Positions 63,445 to 64,000 of a stretch of 64,000 nt of DNA are shown here, piece after piece. Under the pieces are notes generated by a model. The model saw only the letters and a list, made by a program, of their open reading frames with translations. It was not told the DNA's origin and made no database searches. The position numbers were made by a program, and so were the translations under genes. How positions within the stretch are numbered: position 1 is the stretch's first letter; every line of letters begins with the position of its first letter. The stretch covers positions 31,558,001-31,622,000 of the forward strand of contig NC_043016.1 in assembly GCF_006345805.1 (NCBI RefSeq), in the 5' to 3' direction. Source of the stretch: Octopus sinensis (lineage: Eukaryota).

Positions 63445-63745
63445 GGAGGCACATGGCCTAGTGGTTAGAGCAGTGGACTTGCAGTCGAGGGATTGTGGGT
63501 TCGAATCTCAGACCAGGCGATGTGTGTGATTATGAGTGAAACATCTAAGCTCCACGCGGCTCTGGCAGAAGGTAATGGCGAACTTCTGCTGATTCTTTTG
63601 TCACAACTTTCTCTCACTCTTTCCTCCTGCAGCTTGCAGCTCACCTGCGATGGACTAGCGTCCTGTCCAGGTGGGGAACCTATATGCCAAGGAAACCGGG
63701 AAACCGACCCTATGAGCCAGACATGGCTCGAGAAGGAACAAACAT
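63445..63745 (+). mobile_element. tRNA-derived SINE (family E)
   Basis: Homologous to 58408-58692 along its length. Confidence 0.85.
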
Positions 63746-64000
63746 AAAAAAGCAATGATTAGCAGGTATTTAACAAATGTAATATCATGAGGTACTGTGA
63801 GATAAGTTTATCAGACTAAAAAAATAAATAATAAATGTTTGAACAGCAAAATCACCATAAATGAATGGACAGACATTTCAAAAGTGTTTGCAATGGTTAT
63901 CGTTACTGTTTAATGTTTTACTTTTCCATGTTCACAAGGGGTGATGGGAATTTGTTGAGGTATATTTTCTATAGGTGGATACCCTGCCCATCACCATCCC

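Overview
Eukaryotic, AT-rich animal genomic DNA. The SINE, MITE and RTE repeat families suggest a coleoid cephalopod, probably Octopus (inference). Two intron-containing genes face each other tail-to-tail: the last four coding exons of LAMTOR1 (Ragulator p18) on + (1457-7757) and a complete 8-exon, 219-aa VAMP7 CDS on - (57677-40354). Between them lies a ~19.8 kb tandem array (~20112-39945) of about 330 copies of a 60-bp unit, itself a diverged dimer of a 30-bp monomer. The main result is that the array, a short inverted copy of its unit and a ~130-bp spacer sit as one ~20 kb block (19916-39956) between two halves of one old SINE that rejoin with no loss. The array also shows 120-, 180- and 419-bp higher-order periods and a CpG-decay signature. 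Its long + strand ORFs are most likely incidental. The rest is dense with tRNA-derived SINEs, RTE and CR1/L2 LINE relics, mariner, pogo, hAT and TTAA-flanked elements, foldback palindromes, and a Penelope-type minimal hammerhead motif. All coordinates were read by eye, no database search was run, and repeat boundaries are approximate.
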